Source: a virus
Virus record (IMG/VR): IMGVR_UViG_3300010396_000002
Location: 91,560 to 155,559 of that record
Reading direction: 5' to 3' (one strand)
Length of the DNA: 64,000 bases
Below are positions 27,720-36,648 of the stretch, one piece after another. Position numbers and translations under genes: made by a program. Every line of letters begins with the position of its first letter. The stretch's first letter is position 1. The notes under the pieces were generated by a model. That model was not told the origin of the DNA and searched no databases. It saw only the letters and a list, made by a program, of their open reading frames with translations.

Positions 27720-28214
27720 GTGAAGAAGACCACCCCCATCGCCGCGGGCCTCATGCTCGCGGCTGCGTTGCCGCTGGTGAGCGCGGACTGCTCGTACGTG
27801 ATGAACGGCTGGACGTGCACGGTGATCGGCGTTGACCCGTGCGACGGGGCTGCGGATCGGGAGGTCGTGACGATCTCCTACTCGCAGCACGTCACGGACT
27901 CGACGACCGCGTGCCAACTCGCCGTGGCGGAAGCCAAGGCCCGCGGCCTCGTCGGCGAGATCAACCCGAACACCGGGTTCCACGGCGATCCGGTCTGCCA
28001 GAACTGCTTCATCGGAGCGAACCCATCCGCGGGCGTCAGCAAGGGCAAGCCGCCCGGTGGTGGTGGCGGGCCCTCGTGCCTCGTTGGGGCGACCGGCGCG
28101 GGCGGCGGCTTCGGCGTCGGCGGGAGCTTCGGCGTCGGCCCCACGACGACCGTGACCGGCGCTGGTGGCAGCTTCGGCGTCGCTGCTACCACGGTCGGAG
28201 CGGGCGGAGCGTGA
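27720..28214 (+). CDS. secreted Cys/Gly-rich protein
   Basis: Signal peptide KKTTPIAAGLMLAAALPLVSA; GAGG and TTVTGAGG tails. Confidence 0.6.
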   Translation: MKKTTPIAAGLMLAAALPLVSADCSYVMNGWTCTVIGVDPCDGAADREVVTISYSQHVTDSTTACQLAVAEAKARGLVGEINPNTGFHGDPVCQNCFIGANPSAGVSKGKPPGGGGGPSCLVGATGAGGGFGVGGSFGVGPTTTVTGAGGSFGVAATTVGAGGA

Positions 28215-28437
28215 CCGACGTCTCGCCGTACGTCGCGGCCGTGCGCGTGTGGGAGCGCCACAACGGCCGCCGTCTCACCGCTGACGAGTCGAAGGCGTTC
28301 AGTCGGTCCTGGGACGTCTACTGCTCGGAGCGCAGGGCATCCTACGGATGGCGCCAGGTGCCCGAGTTGACCGCGGAGGACGGGGATCTGTTCGGGAGGC
28401 GCTGGACGCCGCCATGGGCCGAGGAGGGCCCGCAGCC

Positions 28438-28752
28438 ATGATCGTTGCGTTGCTAACCCGCATCGGCCTCGTGCGCGTTGTGCGCGACCTGAAGTACGTC
28501 AACGGCGCGTTCGTGCCGCAACCTCCGCGCGTGCGCTGGCCGTTCTCGGTGAGCCCGTGGTGGATCTGGAGGCTCCACTTTCTCAACGGTCTGCGTGGCC
28601 TCTTGAGGAGGCCAACCTACGTGCCGGCCATGGGTGATTGGTTCGGCGTCTTCCGGAACAAGCCAGGCGTCGTGAAGTGGGAGAATGGTCGTCTGCTTCC
28701 GCGCCGCTGGGGCTTCTACATCGTCGGCTTCGAGTTCGGAGACCGTGGATGA
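28438..28752 (+). CDS. hypothetical protein
   Basis: GAGGAGG SD. Confidence 0.55.
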   Translation: MIVALLTRIGLVRVVRDLKYVNGAFVPQPPRVRWPFSVSPWWIWRLHFLNGLRGLLRRPTYVPAMGDWFGVFRNKPGVVKWENGRLLPRRWGFYIVGFEFGDRG

Positions 28753-29439
28753 ACCCGCTGAACGCGTTCCTCTGGCTGCTCGCCATCGCCGTCGGCGTCT
28801 TCTCGCCCGGCCCTGGGTCCTGCGCCGGTACTACTACTTCAAGGCGCTCTGGACGATGCGCAGGGTCGCGCGCTCCCTCCCGGAGGGGAGCCACGAGCGC
28901 ATCGAACTGGAGCAGATCATCGAAGACCTCAAGGCGTCCGACTGGGACGAGGAGAGCGACGACCCATGACGTCGACACCGGAAGGCCTCGCGGCGCTGCT
29001 CTCGCTTGGCTGGTGCTGCCCTACCAAGGACCCGAATCTGTGCGGGGCACCCCCCGCCCGCACAGAGCCGGAAGCGCCAACTCCGGCCGAGGTGCTCACC
29101 TGCACGATCGTGTGCCAGCGCGGCCACCGGCACGAGGGCGAGCGATGAAGGCCGCGCACCTCGAAGCTGCCGGCCGCTGGCTGGAGAAGCACCCCCGTCT
29201 CGGCGCACTGCGGGTGCCCGTCTTCGTTCGCGAGGAGGCGGAGGCCCACGTGCGCAGGCAGAAGCTGGTCCTCGAGATCCACATGCTCGCCGGGCGGGAG
29301 GCCGCGTTCGCCGCGCTCTACCTGGCATGGGGACTCGCCCTCGCGTCTAGGGTCCGCCCGACCCCCAACATGTCCGTCGAGGATGGGCTGGAGCTCGTCC
29401 GTTCCCTGATCCTGGCCGGCTGACCGGCCCGAGGAGACC

Positions 29440-29850
29440 ATGCCGATCACCAGCAAGCAGACGTCCGCCTGGACGGAAACGATCACCAGTTCCAACGGCT
29501 GCACCGTCTCGGTTTCCGGGACGAGCGGCTCCGACATGCTCACCGTCGAGGTGTACGTGCCTGGCTCCGGCTACGGCCCCGCCGAGACCCCCGACAGTAG
29601 GACCAGCACCACGATCTCGCTCGCCGAGTGGTGCAGCCTGGTCATGCTCGTGGAGGCGAAGGTCCCGGCGTCCGGGCCCTCACGGACCGAGCGCCTCCTC
29701 GCGATGCGCGTCGAGGACGCCTGCCAGCTCGACCCGGTGATGATCGGGAACGCTCGCGTTCGCAGGTTCGGCGAGCACTCCTGGATCGTCAACGGCGCCG
29801 CAGTCGCCAATCTCGAGAGCGCGCTCGCGCTCATCGCGGCCGCCGACTGA
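29440..29850 (+). CDS. hypothetical protein
   Basis: GAGGAG SD. Confidence 0.7.
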   Translation: MPITSKQTSAWTETITSSNGCTVSVSGTSGSDMLTVEVYVPGSGYGPAETPDSRTSTTISLAEWCSLVMLVEAKVPASGPSRTERLLAMRVEDACQLDPVMIGNARVRRFGEHSWIVNGAAVANLESALALIAAAD

Positions 29851-30121
29851 TGGCCGCTGCGAAGAAGAGACCGCGCAGCTACGGCGCAGCCATCGGCTAT
29901 GCTCGGGAGCTGCTCGCCACGACGGGGATCGTGGTCCCCTGGCAGGTGAATGCAGAGGGCTTCGAGGCGGGCCACGTGATGCACCGCCTCGTCCATCTCG
30001 GGGAGGCCGTGCAGATCATGGGGAGCACCCTGTACGCTACCCCGGCAGTTGCAGCGAAGATCCAGACCATCATCGACGAGAGCAAGGCGCCGCCTGATGC
30101 GGTCGCCGCAGAGGAGTGACC

Positions 30122-31504
30122 ATGGCTCAGAAGACGTACGACTTTCATGCGGTCGACGCGGTCCGCGAAGAGATCCTGCTCAGGGCCGCGATCTGCGGGA
30201 CGGCCGGGTCCGGCAAGACCAGGACGGCTCTGATCGTGGCCGCGCGCATCAAGGCGCGCATGAAGCTGGAGGGACCGATCGTCGTGCTCGACACGGAGCA
30301 CAAGAGCGCGCTTCGCTATGCGTACAGCCCGCGCACCCGCAGCGGCTATCACTTCAAGCACATCCCGATGCCGCCCAACGACAACAGCATCGAGGCGTAT
30401 GTGGCGGCGATCGAGCACGCAGAGAGCATCGGCGCGAGCGTCGTAGTCGTCGACAGCTTGTCGCACGCCTGGTCGGGGGCCGGAGGCGTGCTCGAGGCCG
30501 TCGACGAGGTCACCGGGCAGAGCCGGAACAAGGACACGTTCGGCAGCGGGTGGCGCGTGATGTCCCCGAAGCAGACCCGGTTCATCGAACGTATCATGAA
30601 CACGAAGGCGCACGTCATCGTCACCATGCGCGCGGAGCAGGACTATGTCGTGCAGGAGAACGAGCGCGGGAAGAAGGAGCCTGTGAAGCTCGGGCTGGCT
30701 CCCGTGCAGCGCAAGAACCAGGACTACGAGTACGATCTGTTCTTCTTCATGTCCGCGCCGACGAACGACCTCGTCGTCGAGAAGAGTCGCGTGATCGACC
30801 GCCCGGCCCTGGAGATCGGCCGGCACTACATCAAGCCCGGCGACGACTTCGCGGACCACGTCGTCGACTGGCTGGAGGACGTCGACGCTGCGCCAGCGCC
30901 CGTTCAGCCGCCCGTGCCGCCCGCTCCAGTGCCTCAAGCGCCGGCATTCGTCGCCCGCAACCTCGACGAGGCGGAGAAGAAGACCGTGGCCGAGGGCATC
31001 CTGGCCGCAGAGCACAAGGACCAAGAGCGGTACAAGGCGGCGATCAAAGCGTTCACTGCTTGGTGCTCTGCGAACGGCATCCCGAAGGATCAGTACCAGG
31101 CCGCGCTCGCCAAGGTGAAGGAGGACATCTCCAAGCCGAAGGCCGCCTCGGTCGCGCCCTTCCAGGACATCGCCGACCCGACGGAGCGCGTCTCGCACTG
31201 GTTCGCCGCCGTCGACAAGGCCGACAGCGCCACCGTCGACCAGCTCGAGACCATGGCCGGCCTGAAGGAGCCCCACGACGGGGTGAGGGCCGACGTTCTC
31301 ACCCGCATCGACGCTCGCCGGGATGCGCTGTCCCGTGCCGCGAAGAATGCGCCGCAGAAGTCCCCGAACCGTCCACAGGACCCGGGCGACGAACCCAACG
31401 TGCATCAGGGGGCCATGGACCCCGGTCCGGACGCGAGCCCGGAGGAGCGCGCGGCGGCCTTCGCTGAGGCTGAGGCCGGGCTCTTCGCCGGCGTAGGGGG
31501 GTAG
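30122..31504 (+). CDS. phage AAA-family ATPase (AAA_24/Sak4-like recombination protein)
   Basis: Walker A GTAGSGKT, LDTE, Walker B VVVDSLSHAW, HVIVTMR, YEYD. Confidence 0.8.
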   Translation: MAQKTYDFHAVDAVREEILLRAAICGTAGSGKTRTALIVAARIKARMKLEGPIVVLDTEHKSALRYAYSPRTRSGYHFKHIPMPPNDNSIEAYVAAIEHAESIGASVVVVDSLSHAWSGAGGVLEAVDEVTGQSRNKDTFGSGWRVMSPKQTRFIERIMNTKAHVIVTMRAEQDYVVQENERGKKEPVKLGLAPVQRKNQDYEYDLFFFMSAPTNDLVVEKSRVIDRPALEIGRHYIKPGDDFADHVVDWLEDVDAAPAPVQPPVPPAPVPQAPAFVARNLDEAEKKTVAEGILAAEHKDQERYKAAIKAFTAWCSANGIPKDQYQAALAKVKEDISKPKAASVAPFQDIADPTERVSHWFAAVDKADSATVDQLETMAGLKEPHDGVRADVLTRIDARRDALSRAAKNAPQKSPNRPQDPGDEPNVHQGAMDPGPDASPEERAAAFAEAEAGLFAGVGG

Positions 31505-31505
31505 T

Positions 31506-31829
31506 GTGGAGCGCTTCCTTCTCCGCGACGTCGAACCCACGGGCTCGACCCCCACCATCGCGCTCGCCTGCCGTGCTGGCGGGACCTCGACGCTGACGCG
31601 CACGACCGAGCCCACATACCCGGAGAATCCCCGCGCCCAGGCTCTCCGGGATCTGCGGGTTGGCTCCGACCATCTGACGCTCCGCAGAGCCGCTGCGCTA
31701 CTCAACCTGACCGGCGCAGAGCTCTCGGCCATCGAGGCGGGGAGCAAGACCTTCGCTCGCGAGTCGGACTGGGCCCGCGCAGAGGACATCCTGCGGGGCG
31801 CCTGCTCCGATCCGAAGGGAGGCACGTGA
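31506..31829 (+). CDS. XRE-type HTH protein
   Basis: LTLRRAAALLNLTGAELSAIEAG. Confidence 0.65.
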   Translation: MERFLLRDVEPTGSTPTIALACRAGGTSTLTRTTEPTYPENPRAQALRDLRVGSDHLTLRRAAALLNLTGAELSAIEAGSKTFARESDWARAEDILRGACSDPKGGT

Positions 31830-32132
31830 TGTCCCATTACACCTTCGGGCAGCTCCTGCGCGCCTATCGGCTCGGCTTCTTCTGGTCGGAGGAGCACGGA
31901 ATCTTCATCCGTCTATCGACGCCCAATGCGACCGGTAGCATCGCCGAGGTCGCGCCGCCAGACTGTCTGCCGATCAAGTCGGCGACCGTGGAGCACCGCG
32001 TGTGCGACACGGAGGAGCAGAAGCATGCCTTGCTCCGCGCTAGCCCTGCCTTCGAGGCGGTGCGTCTCTCGGCGCTGTGCAGGTCACCAGCTACGAGACG
32101 TGGGCCCTCGACGACGAGGGCAGGAGGGTGTG

Positions 32133-32505
32133 ATGCCTGACGCGAAAGAAGCCGACGCGCCGGCAGTGCAAGAACTGCCCATGGAAGAAGGGGAGCGACC
32201 CTACCAAGATCCCGCGCTACGACCGGGCGCTGCACGAGAAGCTCGGCGAGAACACGATCGCTCGCCACCCGTTGCTCTCCGTCGTCGAACCGACACGGAC
32301 GATGGCGTGCCACGAGACGACCGACACCAACCGGCTCGCCTGCGTCGGCTGGCTCATGCACCAGCTCTGGCGAGGCAACAACATCGGCCTCCGGCTCGCC
32401 GCAAGCGCCGGGCACGTCGACACCAACGTGGAGACGGTCGGACCACAGCACCAGACGTTTGAGGACACGCTGCCGAAGAAGCGGCGCACGAGGAGGACCG
32501 GATGA
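32133..32505 (+). CDS. Cys/His-rich small protein (CKNCPW...MACH...CVGW), probable indel near 32145
   Basis: Motif spans two frames. Confidence 0.5.
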
Positions 32506-32864
32506 CGAAGGACGAAGAGCGAACGCTCGACGGGCTGGATGAGGCCCTGCGGCCCGGCAATTACGACCCGAAGGTCCCTCAGCGTGCACGGGATCTCGCC
32601 GAGCGCCTACGCAACCTCCTCGATGGCGACGAGACGCTGGTCGACCTCGGGACCTGCATCGGGGCCGCGTGCATCCGCGAGCACGGCACCCGGATCGCCA
32701 CCCGCCGGGGCACAGGACCAGCCTCGATCTACATCCTGTGCGACGAATGCTTCGACACGCGCCTCGAGGCCGAGGCGAAGCCCCACATGGTCGAGGTCCG
32801 CGGCGTCGCATGGATCCGTCACCTCGGGCTTCACACACTGCACCATGGGAAGGAGACCGGATGA
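32502..32864 (+). CDS. hypothetical protein
   Basis: GAGGAGG SD. Confidence 0.65.
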   Translation: MTKDEERTLDGLDEALRPGNYDPKVPQRARDLAERLRNLLDGDETLVDLGTCIGAACIREHGTRIATRRGTGPASIYILCDECFDTRLEAEAKPHMVEVRGVAWIRHLGLHTLHHGKETG

Positions 32865-33226
32865 TGCCCACGCTGTTCCGCGTCGTGTCGCGCGATGGAG
32901 AGCGCGGGCGCATCGACACCACCAGGCCGCCTCTCCCACAGGCAACAGCCGAGGCGACGGCCGCCAAGCTCAACGCGGCCTACGAGAAGGACGGGCGCCT
33001 CCACTGGGTCATCCCGGTGATCGACGGCCTCAACCGGGCCGAGGAGGCGCTCTTCGCCGCTCTCCTGGTGAGCCCCGGGGGCTTCTACGTCTCCGGGCAG
33101 GACGTGAGCGCTGCCAAGCGACTGGTCCACGCCGAGGTCGCCAAGCTCGAGGACCACGGCAAGGACCAGCCGGCTCACCAGCGCTGGTGGGCCGAGGCGA
33201 TCATCAAGAAAGGACGTGCGGCATGA
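32861..33226 (+). CDS. hypothetical protein
   Basis: AAGGAG SD; ATGA coupling. Confidence 0.65.
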   Translation: MMPTLFRVVSRDGERGRIDTTRPPLPQATAEATAAKLNAAYEKDGRLHWVIPVIDGLNRAEEALFAALLVSPGGFYVSGQDVSAAKRLVHAEVAKLEDHGKDQPAHQRWWAEAIIKKGRAA

Positions 33227-34092
33227 GCGCGATCTACTTCCACAGCAGGACGGGCGAGGAGGCGAGGCTCAGTGGCGCCGAGAGGGCTCACCTGCGCCAG
33301 GTCGCCATCGGTGCAGCTATCGGCGCGCTCGGGATCGACGATCCGTTCCGCGAGCACTGGGTCTACAAGGCGGTCCGTCCGAGGCTGCGCCCAGGCGCGG
33401 AGCGCTTCATCGCCACGACACTCGCGGTCGGGCACGACACCAAGCTGGCCATGCCCGGCCTGCCGGAGGGCAGCGGCGAGTACGCTGCGATCGACGTGCT
33501 CCTCAACACCGCCATCGTGCTCGGGTCGCCGGTGGTCCAGCTCGCCGCGCGCCTGCACGGGTACTGCGAGTCGCACTGCTACGTCGAGGGGGCGGATCGG
33601 TACTGGCTCGTCGACATCATCGAGCAGGGCCTCAAGACCAATGTGCTGCGCTCCAAGCTCCTGGGCAACGGCCTCGGCTGGGAGGACGTCGTGCGCCTGC
33701 TCTGCGCTCCGGAGTCGCAGGACCCGGTCAGCGAGATCGTCTGCTCGTTCAGCGTGTGCGACAGCTTCCCGAACAAGCCCGACGCGTGGGACCAGGATAC
33801 TTGGTACGACCTCTCCAAGGACGAGCAGTGGTCCATCGCGCTCCCCGGTATCCGCCAGAAACCGTGGCTCCGGATCTCCCCCGAGACGCTCGGCAAGCCC
33901 TGCTTCGGGTCCACCCTCACGCTGTTCGACTTCGACGCGGCCTGGTCCGGGCCGAAGCCGGAGGTCGGCGTCTACCTGTCCACCAAGCCGGCACAGAAGC
34001 ACGTCTGTACGAAGTGCGGTGGCATCGGCGCCCGCAACCACATCTGCTGCGAGCGGTGCCACGGCACCGGGGAGGAGCCCCATGCCGGGTGA
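33223..34092 (+). CDS. hypothetical protein with C-terminal Zn-finger
   Basis: ATGA coupling; CTKCGG...CERCHGTG. Confidence 0.7.
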   Translation: MSAIYFHSRTGEEARLSGAERAHLRQVAIGAAIGALGIDDPFREHWVYKAVRPRLRPGAERFIATTLAVGHDTKLAMPGLPEGSGEYAAIDVLLNTAIVLGSPVVQLAARLHGYCESHCYVEGADRYWLVDIIEQGLKTNVLRSKLLGNGLGWEDVVRLLCAPESQDPVSEIVCSFSVCDSFPNKPDAWDQDTWYDLSKDEQWSIALPGIRQKPWLRISPETLGKPCFGSTLTLFDFDAAWSGPKPEVGVYLSTKPAQKHVCTKCGGIGARNHICCERCHGTGEEPHAG

Positions 34093-34396
34093 CCAGGACC
34101 GCCCGTGCCCGAAGTGCGGGGCGTCGAGCGAGTACGTCGCGCCGGAGACCGTAGACGTCGGGATCGGCGAAATCCCCATCGAGCCTGACTCGTGGACCTG
34201 TCCGACGCACGGCAACTGGTGCTGGATGGGGATGGGCGATACCGACCTCCGGATGGAGTACCCCGACGGTCCTTCGTCCGAAGGAACCGCCATCCGAGAT
34301 GCCTTGCGCGCCGCGCTCGCGCCCGCCCGCGAGGCGCACGACGGGCACGCGGAGCTGGATCCGACCTGCCCGTTCTGCACGGGAGCGGTGACATGA
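34082..34396 (+). CDS. Zn-finger protein
   Basis: CPKCG...CPTHG. Confidence 0.6.
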   Translation: MPGDQDRPCPKCGASSEYVAPETVDVGIGEIPIEPDSWTCPTHGNWCWMGMGDTDLRMEYPDGPSSEGTAIRDALRAALAPAREAHDGHAELDPTCPFCTGAVT

Positions 34397-34737
34397 ACAC
34401 GCGACCCCGGCCAGTCACCATTCGCGGCAAGGAGTACCCGTCACAGAGCGAAGCCGCGAGGGCGCTCGGTCTGACACGTGGCGCGATCTGGCACCGCGTC
34501 CATCCTTCATGGAACGCGTCCAGGCGCGGAGGTCCGCTCATCTTCTTCGCGGGGAGATGGGCCAAGCGCGCCGAGCATGCGCGGAGCGCCCGCATCTCCT
34601 ACAAGTCGATGAAGAAAATCATCTCTTGGCGCACTTTCCGATTCCGTGCCGCCGCTCACTCGACCTTGCACGGCGATGTACCGCTGCGCTTCGATGGGAA
34701 GCCGCTTCCTACCAAGCCACCCCGGAGGGACCAGTGA
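34393..34737 (+). CDS. HTH DNA-binding protein (NUMOD1-like)
   Basis: IRGKEYPSQSEAARALGLT. Confidence 0.55.
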   Translation: MNTRPRPVTIRGKEYPSQSEAARALGLTRGAIWHRVHPSWNASRRGGPLIFFAGRWAKRAEHARSARISYKSMKKIISWRTFRFRAAAHSTLHGDVPLRFDGKPLPTKPPRRDQ

Positions 34738-35226
34738 TCGTGCCGCACCAGTGCCCGCTCTGCGGCGGTCCGACATCAACCTCGATCTGCCCCACCTGCG
34801 CAATGGATTTGGAGACGCTCGGCGCCGTGCTCCCCGACCCCGCAGCGACGCCGGAGGAGGTGCGCGCCTGGGCCGTCGCTAACAAGGTGACCGTCTTCCG
34901 CTGCAACCCGACGGAGGAGCCGCCCGAACCTCCCCCGCCTCCGAGGGTTCCTCGCGGCCGTGACGTGGATCTGCTCGTCGCGAAGATGCCGCTCCCAACA
35001 AAACCCCCCGGAAGGAAGTGACGCGTGCCCGAGAAAACCGCTCCCAACTTCGCCGATGTTCGCGCACTACAGCGCGGCGACCAGGTCCGGATGCCATGCG
35101 CGCCCGAGGTCTGGCAGACCGTTTACGCAGTTCGGGACCTCGGCCACAACATCTTCGCCATCGACTTCGGCACCCGTGGCGAGGTTGGCTGCGGTGGCGA
35201 GATGCCGCTGGAGATCAGGAAGGCCC

Positions 35227-35496
35227 ATGGCTGAGAAGACCATCCCCGAGGTCGTAACCGAGGTACTCACCTACGTGCCGCAGCACCGGGCCACCGACCG
35301 CGCCATCGTGCTCGCCGAGATCCTGAACGAGCACGGGGAGCCGCTGGAACTCGCGCTGCGCGCGCTGCCGGCGGAGGACCAGACCCGGATCGGCCTCGAC
35401 GACATCGTCGACAGATCGAAGCTCAGCGCCGAGGAGATGCGCCGGCTCTTCATCGGGGACGCCTTGGCGCACGACCCGCGCAAGCTCCCGTACTAG
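35227..35496 (+). CDS. hypothetical protein
   Basis: AGGAAGG SD. Confidence 0.6.
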   Translation: MAEKTIPEVVTEVLTYVPQHRATDRAIVLAEILNEHGEPLELALRALPAEDQTRIGLDDIVDRSKLSAEEMRRLFIGDALAHDPRKLPY

Positions 35497-35504
35497 GAGG
35501 CCCT

Positions 35505-35798
35505 GTGAGATACGGCGTCTGCGACACGAGCCCCACGCACCCCAACCGCACCGGCGACATCCATGCATGGTGGGATCCACGGGCGGGCCGATGGAAGCGG
35601 CGTACGACGCCCGAGCACGTCCGCGCAGGGCTGCCCGGCTGGGTCCACCCTGCCATCCTCGAAGCGAAGCTGTCGGAGAACCCCGCCGAGTCCGTCGCGA
35701 AGTCCATCGCCCAGTACCGGGCCTGGTACCGCTACGCCGACATTGTCAGCATCGAAAGCCAAGCGCGCGCTTTTGACATCCTCCCGAGGTTGCCATGA
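35505..35798 (+). CDS. hypothetical protein
   Basis: AGGAGG SD with GTG start. Confidence 0.6.
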   Translation: MRYGVCDTSPTHPNRTGDIHAWWDPRAGRWKRRTTPEHVRAGLPGWVHPAILEAKLSENPAESVAKSIAQYRAWYRYADIVSIESQARAFDILPRLP

Positions 35799-36622
35799 TC
35801 CCCGACCTCGCCTCCTACGACTGGGTCGAGATGTCCTCCAGCGGCGGCAAGGACTCGCTCGCGATGAAGGCTTACGTCTCGGGCCTGCTCCGGGAGCGAG
35901 GTCTTCTCGATCGAGGCGTTGTCGTCCATGCGGACCTCGGCCGCGTCGAATGGCCGGGCACGCCGGCGCTTGTCGAGCGCCAGGCAGCGCACCTCGGCCT
36001 CCGCTTCATCAAGGTGAAGCGCCCCCAGGGCGACCTCCTCGAGCACGTCGAGAAGCTCGGGAAGTGGCCGATGCCGACGCAGCGCTACTGCACCGCCGAC
36101 CACAAGCGGGGCCAGATCCTGACGGCCTTCACCGCGCTCGCCGAGGAGGCCCGCGCCGCCGGTGTCGAGCGCGCTGCGCTGGCGGGACACGGATTCAACC
36201 GGCCCATCCGGATCCTCAACTGTGTCGGCCTCCGCGCCGAGGAGAGCCCCGGCCGGAGGCGGCGCCCCGCGCTTGTGCGCGACAAGCGGGCATCGACCCG
36301 CCGCAAGGAGGTCGACGTCTGGCTGCCCATCCAGCAGCTCACCACCGACGAGGTGTGGAGGCTCTGCCACGCCTCCGGCGCGCCCATCCATCCGGCGTAT
36401 GCGGCGGGCCTCCCGCGCGCGTCGTGCGTGTTCTGCATCTACATGCCCGAGGACGCGCTCCGCATTGCGGCGAAGGAGCATCCCAGCCTCCTGGCCGAGT
36501 ATGTCGCCGTCGAGCAGCGGATCGGGCACACGTTCAAGCGCCACCTGCCGATCGCGAAGGTCGCGGCGGACGTCGCCGCTGGTATCGTGCCCACCAACTC
36601 TGTCTCGAGTTGGTGCATGTGA
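35795..36622 (+). CDS. PAPS-reductase-family PP-loop protein
   Basis: SSSGGKDS, HADLG..EW, RYCT..K, GLRAEES, HPAY, RASCVFC. Confidence 0.85.
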   Translation: MIPDLASYDWVEMSSSGGKDSLAMKAYVSGLLRERGLLDRGVVVHADLGRVEWPGTPALVERQAAHLGLRFIKVKRPQGDLLEHVEKLGKWPMPTQRYCTADHKRGQILTAFTALAEEARAAGVERAALAGHGFNRPIRILNCVGLRAEESPGRRRRPALVRDKRASTRRKEVDVWLPIQQLTTDEVWRLCHASGAPIHPAYAAGLPRASCVFCIYMPEDALRIAAKEHPSLLAEYVAVEQRIGHTFKRHLPIAKVAADVAAGIVPTNSVSSWCM

Positions 36623-36648
36623 GGCGGTGCCCGCCCCCCGGAGGACGT

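Noticed and set aside
4210-32150. Frameshifts near 4225, 11641, 20460, 22400, 28801, 32067 and 32145 as programmed recoding or phase variation
   Set aside because: They are scattered 1-2 nt indels in short homopolymers or CTCTC runs with no slippery heptamers; most likely long-read consensus errors.
22261-36622. PAPS-reductase-like genes as a sulfate-assimilation AMG or a Dnd phosphorothioation system
   Set aside because: No cys or dndB/D/E genes are present; context favours DNA modification of unknown type.
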